Positions 25,079 through 37,225 of a stretch of 44,840 nt of DNA are shown in pieces. The stretch lies in contig JAUCBJ010008097.1 in the NCBI GenBank assembly GCA_032718475.1, positions 1 to 44,840 of the forward strand. Reading direction: 5' to 3'. The stretch's first letter is position 1. Each line of letters begins with the position of its first letter. The position numbers and the translations under genes were made by a program. Under the pieces are notes generated by a model. That model searched no databases. It saw nothing but the letters and a program-made list of their open reading frames with translations, and was not told the origin of the DNA. Source of the DNA: Nemertoderma westbladi (taxonomy: Eukaryota; Animalia; Xenacoelomorpha).

Positions 25079-28000
25079 TCTAATATATATAAATATGCAT
25101 TGTCTGTCTGTCTGTTTGTCATCAGCTATACAATCGAACCCATCTCGATGAAATCTCGCTTGCTATAGCTCGTTAGAAAGGTCTCGCTCTAACTCGTTGC
25201 AACGTAATACTCAGAGTCGTCTGAAGTTCACCCGTCTGCCGCTAGAGGGCGATTTTCGTGATTTTCGGGCGAAATTTATCGAATTATTTCGGTTCTTCTA
25301 TCGGTAATTAATTATTTAGAGGGCTAACATTTATCCCATCTGGTATAAAATTAACATGAGTAGATTCGCCGTGTCCCATTCTCACAAAGTTTTTATTTTA
25401 TTCGAGTGTTTAATATAAATATCTATGATTATTTATTGATTAAAAACCAAATAGTGTATAAATATGTCATATTCGCCAAGCACGATCGAATTGGCCTATT
25501 CTTAGTGCTGTAGTGAATATAGGGAAGGATTTTTTTCTGTATCATAGCAACGTTAAGGTAATTATTGAAATCGCAGCTAGCTGGGCACAGATAAGGAGCA
25601 AGCCAGGCTGTAGTGTTGATTGGGGTGGGTTTGGGTTGTCTGTTGCGAACTGCTCAAGTGTAATTCTGCTTTCTCAATCATTGGCTGCATGGAAGGAGAG
25701 GTTTATAACATTTTTGTTTTACTGTTATGAATATTAAAAGTAAAATAATTATTTCTGTAGGCCTATACTTACTGTATTATTATTTTATCTAATATTATAC
25801 ATCTAATCTCGATGAAATCTCGCTTACTATAGCTCGTTAGATAGGTCTTGCCCTAACTCGTTGCAACGTAATACTCAGAGCCGTCTGAAGTTTCCCCATC
25901 TGCCGCTAGAGGGCGAATTGTCCGATAGTGAAAACCTGATCTCATTGGGTTGTTTTTAATGCTTTTGAGCTGAAACTTGGTAGCTATATACTGCAGCATA
26001 GGCTGTATATTTCCGGAGTCACGGAGTTGTCCACAGTTCCCCAGTCTACCGTTAGAGGGCTAAATGTCTGAGAGTTAACATCTTCTCCAACTTTGTTATT
26101 TACAATCCGTTTAGACTGAAACTTGGTAGGCATCTACTACAGCATAGGCTGTATCTTTACTGAGTCGCAGAGTCGTCTACAATTCCCCAGTCTACCGCTA
26201 GAGGGCGAAATGTCTGAAAGTTAACATCTTCTCCAACTTTGTTATTTATAATCCATTTAGACTGAACTTGGTAGGCATCTACTACAGCATAGGCTATATC
26301 TTTACTGAGTCGCGCAGAGTTGTCTACATTACCCGCGTCTGCCGCTAGAGGGTGAAATGTATGAAAGTTAACATCTTCTCCAACTTTGTTATTTACAATC
26401 CTTTTAGACTGAAACTTGGTAGGCATCTACTATAGCATAGGCTATATCTTTGCGGAGTAGTAGAGTCGTCTACAGTTCCACAGTCAGCCGCTAGAGGGTG
26501 AATTGTCTGATAGTGAAAACCTCATCCCATTTGGTTCTTTTTAATCATTTTGAGCTGAAACTTGGTTGGTATCTACTACATCATAGGCTGTATCTTTACG
26601 GGGTTGCAGAATCCTATTCACTTCCCCAGTCTACCGCTAGAGGGTGAAATGTCTGAAAGTTAACATCTTCTACAACTTTGTTATTTACTAACGGTTTAGA
26701 CTGAAACTTGGTAGGCATCTACTACAGCATAGGCTGTACCTTTACGGAGTCACAGCGTTGTATACAGTCCCCTCATCTGCCGCTAGAGGGCGACATATCT
26801 GATAGTGAACACCTCATCCCACTTGGTTCTTTTTAATTCTATTGAGCTGGAACTTGGCAGGAATCTACTACAGCATATTCTGTATCTTTACGGAGTCCCA
26901 GAGTCGTCTACAGTTCTTCAATCTACCGCTAGAGGGTGAAATGTCTGAATGTGAACATCTACACCAATTTTGTTATTTACAATCTGTTTAAGCTGAAACT
27001 TGAAAGGCAGGCATTTTACTTCACCATAAACCCCATCTTTACCAAACTGCAGCGCCGTCTGCATTTCACCAGTCCGCAGGTAGAGGGTGGATCTGAAAGT
27101 TATCATTTTCTGGAAATTTTGTTATTTACAATCTGCCTAAAGTTGAAACTTTCTATTGCGAATTGCTCAAGAGTAATTAATTCTGCTTTCTCAATCATTG
27201 GCTGCATGGAAGGAGAGGTTTATAACATTTTTGTTTTACTGTTATGAATATTAAAAGTAAAATAATTATTTCTGTAGGCCTATACTTACTGTATTATTAT
27301 TTTATCTAATATTATACATCTAATCTCGATGAAATCTCGCTTACTATAGCTCGTTAGATAGGTCTCGCCCTAACTCGTTGCAACGTAATACTCAGAGCCG
27401 TCTGAAGTTCCACCGTCTGCCGCTAGAGGGCGAATTATCCGATAGTGAAAACCTGATCTTATAGGGTTGTTTTTAATGCTTTTGAGCTGAAACGTGGTAG
27501 CTATATACTGCAGCATAGGCTGTATATTTCCGGAGTCACTGTGTTGTCTACAGTTCCCCAGTCTACCGTTAGAGGGCTAAATGTCTGAGAGTTAACATCT
27601 TCTCCAACTTTATTATTTACAATCCGTTTTGACTGAAACTTGGTAGGCATCTACTACAGCATAGGCTGAATCTTTACTGAGTCGCAGAGTCGTCTACAAT
27701 TTCTCAGTCTACCGCTAGAGGGCGAAATGTCTGCAAGTTAACATCTTCTCCAACTTTGTTATTTATAATCCATTTAGACTGAACTTGGTAGGCATCTACT
27801 ACAGCATAGGCTATATCTTTACTGAGTCGCGCAGAGTTGTCTACAGTACCCGCGTCTGCCGCTAGAGGGCGAAATGTATGAAAGTTAACATCTTCTCCAA
27901 CTTTGTTATTTAGAAACCTTTTAGACTGAAACTTGGTAGGCATCTACTATAGCATAGGCTATATCTTTGCGGAGTAGTAGAGTCGTCTACAGTTCCACAG

Positions 28001-29015
28001 TCAGCCGCAAGAGGGCGAATTGTCTGATAGTGAAAACCTCATCCCATTTGGTTCTTTTTAATCCTTTTGAGCTGAAACTTGGCAGGTATCTACTACATCC
28101 TAGGCTCTATCTTTACGGAGTTGCAGAGTCCTATACACTTCCCCAGTCTACCGCTAGAGGGTGAAATGTCTGAAAGTTACCATCTTCTCCAACTTTGTTA
28201 TTTATAATCCATTTAGACTGAACTTGGTAGGCATGTACTACAGCATAGGCTATATCTTTACTGAGTCGCGCAGAGTTGTCTACATTACCCGCGTCTGCCG
28301 CTAGAGGGCGAAATGTATGAAAGTTAACATCTCCTCCAACTTTGTTATTTACAATCCTTTTAGACTGAAACTTGGTAGACATCTACTATAGCATAGGCTA
28401 TATCTTTGTGGAGTAGTAGAGTCGTCTACAGTTCCACAGTCAGCCGCTAGAGGGGGAATTGTCTGATAGTGAAAACCTCATCCCATTTGGTTCTTTTTAA
28501 TCATTTTGAGCTGAAACTTGGCAGGTATCTACTACATCATAGGCTGTATCTTTACGGAGTTGCAGAGTCCTATACACTTCCCCAGTCTACCGCTAGAGGG
28601 TGAAATGTCTGAAAGTTAACATCTTCTCCAACTTTGTTATTTACTAACGGTTTAGACTGAAACTTGGTAGGCATCTACTACAACATAGGCTGTACCTTTA
28701 CAGATTCGCAGAGTTGTATACAGTCCCCCCCTTTGACGCTAGAGGGCGAAATATCTGATAGTGAACACCTCATCCCATTTGGTTCTTTTTAATCCTATTG
28801 AGCTGGAACTTGGCAGGAATCTACTACAGCATATTCTGTATCTTTACGGAGTCCTAGAGTCGTCTACAGTTCTTCAGTCTACCGCTAGAGGGTGAAATGT
28901 TTGAATATGAACATCTACACCAATTTTGTTATTTACAATCTGTTTAAGCTGAAACTTGAAAGGCAGGCATTTTACTTCACCATAAACCCCATCTTTAGGC
29001 TTTCAGGCTTTCTAG
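25079..29015 (+). mobile_element. Helitron C2 (3937 bp), copy of C1 lacking the subterminal hairpin
   Basis: Offset 4170 over most of its length; ends atcttt-aggctttc-aggctttCTAG|T. Confidence 0.9.
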
Positions 29016-30769
29016 TGTCAAAAAGAAGTCTGCATTAAAACAGAATGGTGGCCAGGGAATAATTTTCCTTCGACGGCTTCTCAAGGGCACATGACTTGGT
29101 TTTGGTAGGTATGGCTGACCGACTGAACTTTCATTTTGCTATCTGATTATAACACTTATTTTAAACCTGAGAGTTCCAAGACTAGTTACGATTTCTCTCA
29201 GTTTAATAAAAATAATTTCATTGACAGCTTAAATAATCCTAATTTGTGGACTTATGTGAGTCTGAATGTCCCCTCTACAGACCGCTTCAATTACTTTTAT
29301 GAGGATTTCCAAAATATTTGTTCTCATCATCTCCCGACCAAAATAATAACAAAAAAAGATTTACCTAAGAAACCATGGCTTACGGCATCACTTCTGACTG
29401 CTATTAAACGGAAAGGCTATTTATACACAAAATCTGTTTAAAACCCATCTGAGTATAATCTTACGGCATATAAAAAATAGAGGAACTTGCTTTCTTCTCT
29501 TCTCCGTGCAGCTGAAAAACAATATTATTCAAAAGAAATCGAGAACAATAAGTCGAGCATAAAAAAACCTGGCGTACTATAAATTCTGTTCTTCATCGCG
29601 GGAAAAATCTCTCACTTCCCAAAAAACTAGTCTCCATTGATCATAATAATAATAATAAGAATAATTTTATTTATTTGCATGGAATTAATTTTGCACTACC
29701 AAATCTCGACATATTTTCCAATTTTATATCGCAATGCGACACTATGTCTTGGGTTGGTGCGCGAAAAAATTTATAGACACCTTTAACACACACCTTTATT
29801 CAACTCCAGATAACTAACGGTTGTTCTTGTGGTAATAAATTGGTCTGAACAGCCAATAGAGATTTAACATCTGCAACGAATGCATTCAACCCCGATGCGA
29901 AATCCACCTGCAGAAATCATCAATAACCACAGTTGCCACAGCGACAAGTCGCTGTGGCAACAACTAATTACCACCATCAGCACTATGTACAATAGCTAAT
30001 CAACCAAAGCCCAACTCTAAATCAAAGCCACCTTAACTTATTAAGATGCCTTGGTATAAGATATATTATTAATAATATTTTAGTAGTTTCCATGGTGCTA
30101 CATTTCAACAATGGAGGCAGGTGTTCTGCTACTCTCTGTCACAGTCCAGTGATATCGAGGCCGCTGTACCCGCAGTAAAACTAATATACTGCCCTTTCAG
30201 TGGTTAAGATTCCCATGGCAACATCGAACACATTTCAATAGAAGCTTTATAGGAAACCAATTATTATTATCTCATATAAATTTGTGTGGGTTGATCAAAT
30301 CCATCGCCACAATTCATTTTAAATTATAAATATTGTTTGGAAATATTTTTCTACATTATAACTCATTATTAACACACAGCATAAAATATAGTATTCTTTC
30401 AGTAAGCTATCATATTTTAAGGAACTCCGAACCCCCGCGCCCAAGAAGAAAAATGAAGGCTGCAATTATTTGTCTGGTAAGTATATTGTGGTGGTTACTG
30501 CCGCCAGCTCACTAGAACTTTACATGTCAAAAAGAAGTCTGCATTAAAACAGAATGGTGGCCAGGGAATAATTTTCCTTCGCCGGCTTCTCAAGGGCACA
30601 TGACTTGGTTTTGGTAGGTATGGCTGACCGACTGAACTTTCATTTTGCTATCTGATTATAACACTTATTTTAAACCTGAGAGTTCCAAGACTAGTTACGA
30701 TTTCTCTCAGTTTAATAAAAATAATTTCATTGACAGCTTAAATAATCCTGATTTGTGGACCTATATGAG
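29016..30769 (+). repeat. 1509-bp tandem duplication: end of copy 1 (29016-29126), copy 2 (29127-30635), partial copy 3 (30636-~30769)
   Basis: tgtcaaaaagaagtc at 29016 and 30525; actttcattttgc at 10121, 29127 and 30636. Confidence 0.95.
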
Positions 30770-31467
30770 AATATTACTAAATATATAATATTATTATTTT
30801 AGAACTATATGTCAGTAATATTTATGGTACTACTGGTGGAGTATGCGTACCTTTACACACCATAGCACATTTTGTATACTGCACTTGCTAGATTATATGA
30901 TATTCTACATATATTTTCATATTTATTTATGTTTTCGAAAATTGTTCATGTGCAAAAAATATTTGTTATAAAACACTAATATTTCTTTAGTAAATAAATA
31001 GCTAATATGTATAAGATTCTTAAAAAATTTGCAAAAACAAGCTAATATAAACAAATTTGGTTGGGTGTATGCTTAACTGCACTATTAGTCCCTTATCTAT
31101 TACTGTCCTCCCTACAGATAATTGATAACAACCCTGTAACGTACGGCTGAATGGCTTTTTAGTTTAGCTAATACGTAATAATATACATAATTTCTAAGTC
31201 AGTCACTTTCAGCGTACCTGTATTAGGCCTACAGAGCTATAATAGTGCGTGAGGATTTCTAGAAAGCTGTTTCCTTAACAGCAGATGTATTTATTCCCAC
31301 ATACGATTACAATAATAGGGACATATGTAATTATTTCAAAATAGATAGCTAACATGTCCAGTCATTTATATATAATATCAAATCACCAAAATTATCGCAT
31401 ATTAGCTAGTATAAAAATGTAATAAAAGTTTTAAAAAAGTTGCTGGGGATAGAACTTTTTAAAAATG

Positions 31468-31669
31468 TCCAGCAACTTGTTGCTGGACTCCTCACACACA
31501 GAAACAAGTTTCTGAAACTTGTTTCTGCAACTTGTTGCTGGACTCCTCACACACAGAAACAAGTTTCGGAAACAAGTTGCAGCAACAAGTTTCTGTGTGT
31601 GAGGGGGTCCAGCAACTTGTTTCAGAAACAAGTTGCAGAAACAAGTTGCTCCGTGTGAGGGGGGCCTTA
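31468..31669. mobile_element. Palindrome-rich MITE remnant, PIF/Harbinger-like
   Basis: Repeated gaaacaagtt/aacttgtttc and ctcacacacag/ctgtgtgtgag; right end gtgtgagggggGCC|TTA; left terminus not found. Confidence 0.55.
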
Positions 31670-32488
31670 CTGCAATATTATACTTTATATTAGCCAATCA
31701 ACTGCGCTTGACAACTGTTGCTGTGTTATGGCTGACGTCACTCGTGCAGTTTTCTGAAACGGCCTGATTTTTCGATGTTGCTAATTTTGCGTTTTAAAAT
31801 TTCTATAACTCGGCAAATATTAATTTTTTTGAAGTAAAATTGCTCTGTGGGGTTTTTTGACATGCTCTTTCACATGAAACCAACGAAAACTCGAAAAAAA
31901 ATTTCCGAGTCGTCTACCCCATTGTACAAATCTGCGTTTTCCGGTGGCATGTACTGTAGAACATTTTCTTTTACAAAACTATAGCTAATATTACACAACA
32001 TTAAAAAAAAAAGTATAGCAAAAACTAGCAACTACAAAAAAAATTCCGGTCATGGGTACACATACTATAGTATGTAGTAGTGCCTTTCATTTTTATACAC
32101 GTTGTAAAACGATTCCATGCGTTTTAAATAGAATCCAAATTTTTTTTAAAAATGTTCTAGAACAAAAAATATTTGTTCCAGAACATAATATTTTTAAAAA
32201 AGAATAGTTGACATGTTCTGCAACATTTTCTATACAAATAGAAATAAGAACTAGCTACTATAAAATATTTATAGAAGGAAGTAGGATGTCGAGTAGGATG
32301 ACTAGTGTAACTAAACTAACCCGTGTCACCATAATTCTGCCTTTGTATAGCTGTTTTGGCTAGTGATTTATGTTCTGGTACATATTTCCGACTCGTTACA
32401 TGTTTAATTTTTGTGGTAGCTAGTGTTTTCAATGGTAGTTAATCTATTCATAAAAATGGTACAGCAGCTAGTGTTTATAAAAATACCA

Positions 32489-33015
32489 ACAAATCGTATT
32501 ATTATTACGAATATCCATAGTAAATTTGGTTTATCTTTATTTATTTATCAGTGAAAAGAGCCTAGTATTGAAGAAAGTAAAATAACGCTATTTCTGCAAC
32601 AATAATTACTTAAATAAGATAATTAAAAAAATACAGTAGTTGCACAGACTCTGTCTTCCTTACCTTACATATATAATATAGCCACCGGGGCGCAAGCCGG
32701 GAATGAAATTGAAGGAGTATAGTTCTGTGGGGTCTATACTGGAAATGAGTTGTGTGACCTTCTTTTCTATTTTTCGTACTTGTTACAAGGAGGTCTCCTT
32801 GTTTTTTTTTTTTCATTTCCGAACTCATTGCCTCTAACATAAGGTAAGGAAGACCGAGTCTGTGCAACTACTGTATTTTTTTAATTATCTTATTTAAGTA
32901 ATTGTTGCAGAAATAGCGTTATTTTACTTTCTTCAATACTAGGCTCTTTTCACTGATAAATAAATAAAGATAAACCAAATTTACTATGGATATTCGTAAT
33001 AATAATACGATTTGT
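32489..33015. repeat. Long near-perfect inverted repeat (arms 32489-32667 and 32840-33015, 172-bp spacer)
   Basis: Arms are reverse complements apart from one 3-bp indel and about one mismatch. Confidence 0.93.
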
Positions 33016-33361
33016 ACTAAAAAGCTTACCCGGTTGGGATCTACGATCCCGTCACACCACTCCCTAGCTTTGGTGCACCAAAAATGCCGAAGCACTAAGT
33101 CTTCAGGCTTCTATAATACTTTCAATTGATTCAGCGGTCCAGAAAACCTATAAATGTGCGTTGAAATCTGAAACTTTGGTTTATTTTCCGAATCTCGTAT
33201 TTTTCAATATTTGAAGTGCCACACCCTAATTATGCCACACCCTTTAATTACAGTGTGGGGGCCGAATCGACCCTCTGCCAGTGCAGCTAATGGTCTAAAC
33301 ACCCCAGTAGTGGTAATAGGGTTAACGTTTCGAAATCTGTTTAAAATCACTTCTGCCTTAT

Positions 33362-33435
33362 CCTTCAGCAAATTAACCTAATATAATACTCGGCCTGCGG
33401 CCTCGGTAATTATACAGGTTAATTTGCTTCTGGAA
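33362..33435. mobile_element. Short hairpin with a CTCGGCCTGCGGCCTCG core, resembling non-autonomous Crypton-type repeats
   Basis: agcaaattaacct and aggttaatttgct arms flank the motif; the family resemblance is from memory. Confidence 0.35.
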
Positions 33436-34042
33436 CGGCATCAGTGATTATTCAGTTTTATTCGCTTCAGGTTATTATTTCCGTATATTAACTCCAGAAC
33501 ATTGCAATATTGTATGTATATTAACTCTAGAACATTGCAATATTATATGTATATTAATATTAATGTCAATTTTTTAAATAACGTGCTACAGTAGGCCTAT
33601 ATTTCTATGTTTATGTTCTGGGCTTATAGTGTTTTTGTATTAAAATTGTAAAATGTAAAAAAAGTAAAATTCCATCTTCGGCGAATTAACATATCGCCTC
33701 AAAGTTAATTTATAAATTAAGGGAAGAAGCAGTTGACAGTGGCAAGTTATTATAACCAAAACAATAACAAAATTCGATAAAACAGGTTACGGTAGTAACG
33801 GTGCTATTTCGTACGGTACTAAATTCGTTTATTTTGTATTTTTCTTGTCGTTTCTAATTTTTCAAAATCACATCCGGTATTATATCGAATTTCGGGAATG
33901 ATTTCTTAAAATATATATTGTGATCTTATTGTATCCTGCGTACCTGATCTTAAGTATTCTTGGAATGTGGCATCTTTCTGAAATTGATTTATTTTACGAT
34001 TTATTAATTGTTTGAAATTGCATTTTTTTTAAATGAATATAC

Positions 34043-34229
34043 TGTATGTATGTATGTATGTATGTATGTATGTATGTATGTATGTATGTATGTATGTATG
34101 TATGTATGTATGTATGTATGTATGTATGTATGTATGTATGTATGTATGTATGTATGTATGTATGTATGTATGTATGTATGTATGTATGTATGTATGTATG
34201 TATGTATGTATGTATGTATGTATGTATGT
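34043..34229. repeat. (TATG)n microsatellite, about 46 perfect units
   Basis: Seen directly. Confidence 0.98.
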
Positions 34230-34401
34230 TTATGAACTCATTTAATTATGATGAAGCCTAATGAAGAATTAACAAAATGTTTTGTTTTTCTTTTTTTCTT
34301 TACGCCGAGCCCCCCTCCTCCTTCCCCTTTCTTCTCTTATATTTGTTCTTGTTGTTCTCTGATTATTTTTTCCCCCCAACCTTCGGTCTGTCTTACCCCT
34401 A

Positions 34402-34470
34402 GCCTCGTTCAGTTGGTAGAGCGTGGGACTTGGGATCTCTAGGTACCGTGTTCAATCCCCCATTCCGGTG
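34402..34470 (+). pseudogene. Degenerate tRNA-like sequence or SINE head
   Basis: cagttggtagagcg D-arm/A box and gttcaatccc B-box-like; acceptor stem does not pair. Confidence 0.5.
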
Positions 34471-34649
34471 AATGTTTTTGTTGTAAGTTTGGTAGCAAGC
34501 CATTCAAGGGGACAGTTCATGCGTCAGTTGTAGACGCGGACCTTTGCGCGATTCCGCGCTTGCTTATTACCGTTTTAAAATGCCGACTCCATGTTCTTAT
34601 ACTTATCGTTCGTTATCTTACTTATACTTACTCATCAGCCTCACAAATT

Positions 34650-35116
34650 AAAGCTTCTATTGCATGTGTTAGATGTTGCCATGGGAATCTTAACCACTGA
34701 AAGGGCAGTATATTAGTTTTACTGCGGGTACAGCGGCCTCGATATCACTGGACTGTGACAGAGAGTAGCAGAACACCTGCCTCCATTGTTGAAATGTAGC
34801 ACCATGGAAACTACTAAAATATTATTAATAATATATCTTATACCAAGGCATCTTAATAAGTTAAGGTGGCCTTGATTTCGAGTTGGGCTTTGGTTGATTA
34901 GCTATTGTATATAGTGTTGATGGCGGTAATTAGTTGTTGCCACAGTGACTTATAAGGTCGCTGTGGCAACTGTGGCTATTGACGATTTCTGCAGGTGGAT
35001 TTCGCATCGTGGTTGAATGCATTCGTTGCAGATGTTAAATTTATATTGGCTGTTCAGAACTACTGCATTTATTACCACAAGAACAACCGTTAGTTATCTG
35101 GAGTTGAATAAAGGTG
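34650..35116 (-). repeat. Unclassified interspersed repeat; inverted copy of ~10787-11243 and ~29791-30249
   Basis: gatgttgccatgggaatcttaaccactgaaagggcag...gagttgaataaaggtg is the reverse complement of part of the 1509-bp unit. Confidence 0.88.
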
Positions 35117-35526
35117 CTCATTATTAGAGCCTTTTTTCATTATAATCGCGCACAAGAGCGCAAACCAGTTGTACTGACATTTATTATCATTAGATTAAAA
35201 TTGGGTAAAATTTAAATATGAACAGACATGCGTTATGGGAACACAATACTATATTATATATCAACTATCAACAATAGTATCCTATACAATACAACTGACT
35301 GACACACTAAAATTGTACGACATGAATAATGTCGATGGAAACTGAAAGTAAGTATAATACGACTTCCATTCAGTAAGAGTTGTACAGGCGCAGTGGCGGT
35401 ACGGCTAATGTCGCGTTACGGAAAGTCGCGTTACGGCTAATTTACAGAGTAGCCGTAACGCGACTTTGAAAGTCGCGGTACGGCTACTCAAAAAGTCGCG
35501 TTACGGCTAATCTATTGTCTCTGTTC

Positions 35527-36365
35527 TACATAGGAAATCATTATCAATATTATTCTATGGTGTTTACGTACAGATGAGAAAGGTTCGAAAAGTTTAATTT
35601 AATAATGTTTTACAGCATGGGAGTATCCGGGGGGGGGGGGGGGGGGGGGATTTTAACTAAAAAACTTAATTTATTAATTATTGTATTATTTTTGTTGTAT
35701 TGAGTACCATAGTACACACAACCATAGGTATTTTGGTCGAAAGTATATCAGTATATTGCCGAAATATTGCACTTTGAATTTATCATTATATTAATCAAAT
35801 CAAAAATATCTAAAACTAAAGCTTTTGAATTAGCCAGTCATGCCCCGCGTATGGCATTTGGTTCGGTGGTGGGGTGGTTTGGAATGGTTCGGATCGGCCG
35901 CAAAGGTGTGGTTCACTACACCAACATGCCAGTCGGGATCTCCACCCCCTCCCAATGCAGCTGGACGGACCTTCAACTGGTTTCAACGGCCATTGCCTGC
36001 TTGTCAGTCCCCAAACAGAACGCCATATGGTCTATGTAGCGAGCCAGGCGTTGGTTAACAACATTGATATGAAGTAATGGAATATGTTCCACAAAACTAT
36101 TCATTGCTTCTTTGGCTGCTATTATTGGCTGTAATCCGTGTGCTTGAGGCTGTGACTAAGAATACCATAGAATACAATATTATATTAAAATATTGAATGT
36201 GAGGTTGTCGAAGAACATACAGTTTATGAAAGATAGTAAAATTCCCCCCCCCCCCCCCCACCCCCCCGGAGACTCCCATGCTGTAAAACATTATTACATT
36301 ACATTTTTCGGACCTCACCTGTACGTAAACACCATAGAATAATATTGATAAGGATTCCCTATGTA
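35527..36365. mobile_element. Nested MITE-like element with ~130-bp TIRs ending internally in poly(G)/poly(C)
   Basis: tacatagg..attctatggtgtttacgtacag..cagcatgggagt..G-run versus C-run..actcccatgctg..ctgtacgtaaacaccatagaat..cctatgta. Confidence 0.75.
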
Positions 36366-37069
36366 AAACTGTTCGCGCTTTTAAGACCTTTGGCAGTTTA
36401 ACCCGCCAAATCTATATGTCTTCTAGGTTATAAATCGACTTTAGCCCATGACAAGTATTTGATACAAATAAATCCAACATTAGCCGAAGCCAGTCTATGC
36501 GCGACCATTCACCCGCTGGATATACCCGGGAGACTGGATTCGGATGCTTTAATTTGATTGCGGTGCAGGCCTACCGTACTATTCGATTGATCGTTAATAT
36601 ATAATCTCTGACAAATATTATTCACTTTCGGGAAATATTAGCAGTTCCTTTAGGACGTGGCGCTCTATCCATATAAACAGAGCTATGACTTACACTATAC
36701 ACAACGGGATGGCTTATAGATCACAAAAGGTGCATTCTTTAGGAAATGCTTTGTTACTCGGTCAAGCACATACAGACTATTGCACACCACTGCACACTGA
36801 ATTGCCGATATTCACTGATTTTAATCATGTATAAAGAGAACAGCAACCGACATTTGTAGGGCCTATTAAGTAGCATTGAATTCACTACAAACCACGATAA
36901 TGTATGTCGCAATTGCTATATGTAACCGGTCTCTCTAACCTTAGTTATAGAATTATATTCCCTAAATGCCGTGGATTTTCAAAATTTTATTTTATTCGAA
37001 TTAACTTTGTAAAGATTGCTTTGAGTTATCATTCGTATTTGTTCTATCATTGGTACGCCTATTGGTCAA

Positions 37070-37146
37070 GTGGTTCAGTAGCTCAGTCGGTAGAGCGTTG
37101 GAAATTATATGTGTAGTAGGTATTGAGTTCGAATCCTAGTAAGTGC
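37070..37146 (+). pseudogene. Degenerate tRNA-like sequence or SINE head
   Basis: A box TAGCTCAGTCGG(TAGAGC), B box GAGTTCGAATCC; anticodon arm disrupted. Confidence 0.55.
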
Positions 37147-37225
37147 GAATTATTTTTTGTACAGAATTTCAACTCATTTAAATTGACCGCTACAAATTAA
37201 TTGCATTTGTCTGTACCAATGAGAC

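Noticed and set aside
11921-28382. Many 60-100-aa ORFs repeated in the Helitron and satellite units
   Set aside because: Chance frames in tandem repeats; no Rep (HUH) or helicase motifs; stops vary between units.
12290-28980. CRISPR-like appearance of a regularly spaced conserved motif
   Set aside because: The intervening sequences are homologous to each other (tandem monomers, not unique spacers), there are no cas genes and the context is eukaryotic.
33255-33325. piggyBac-like right end (AGGG|TTAA)
   Set aside because: No matching TTAA|CCCT left end was found nearby.
34008-34261. MYVC-repeat ORFs
   Set aside because: Translation of the (TATG)n microsatellite.
34402-37146. Functional tRNA genes at 34402 and 37070 (also 8019)
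   Set aside because: A/B boxes are present but acceptor and anticodon stems do not pair; they are SINE heads or pseudogenes.
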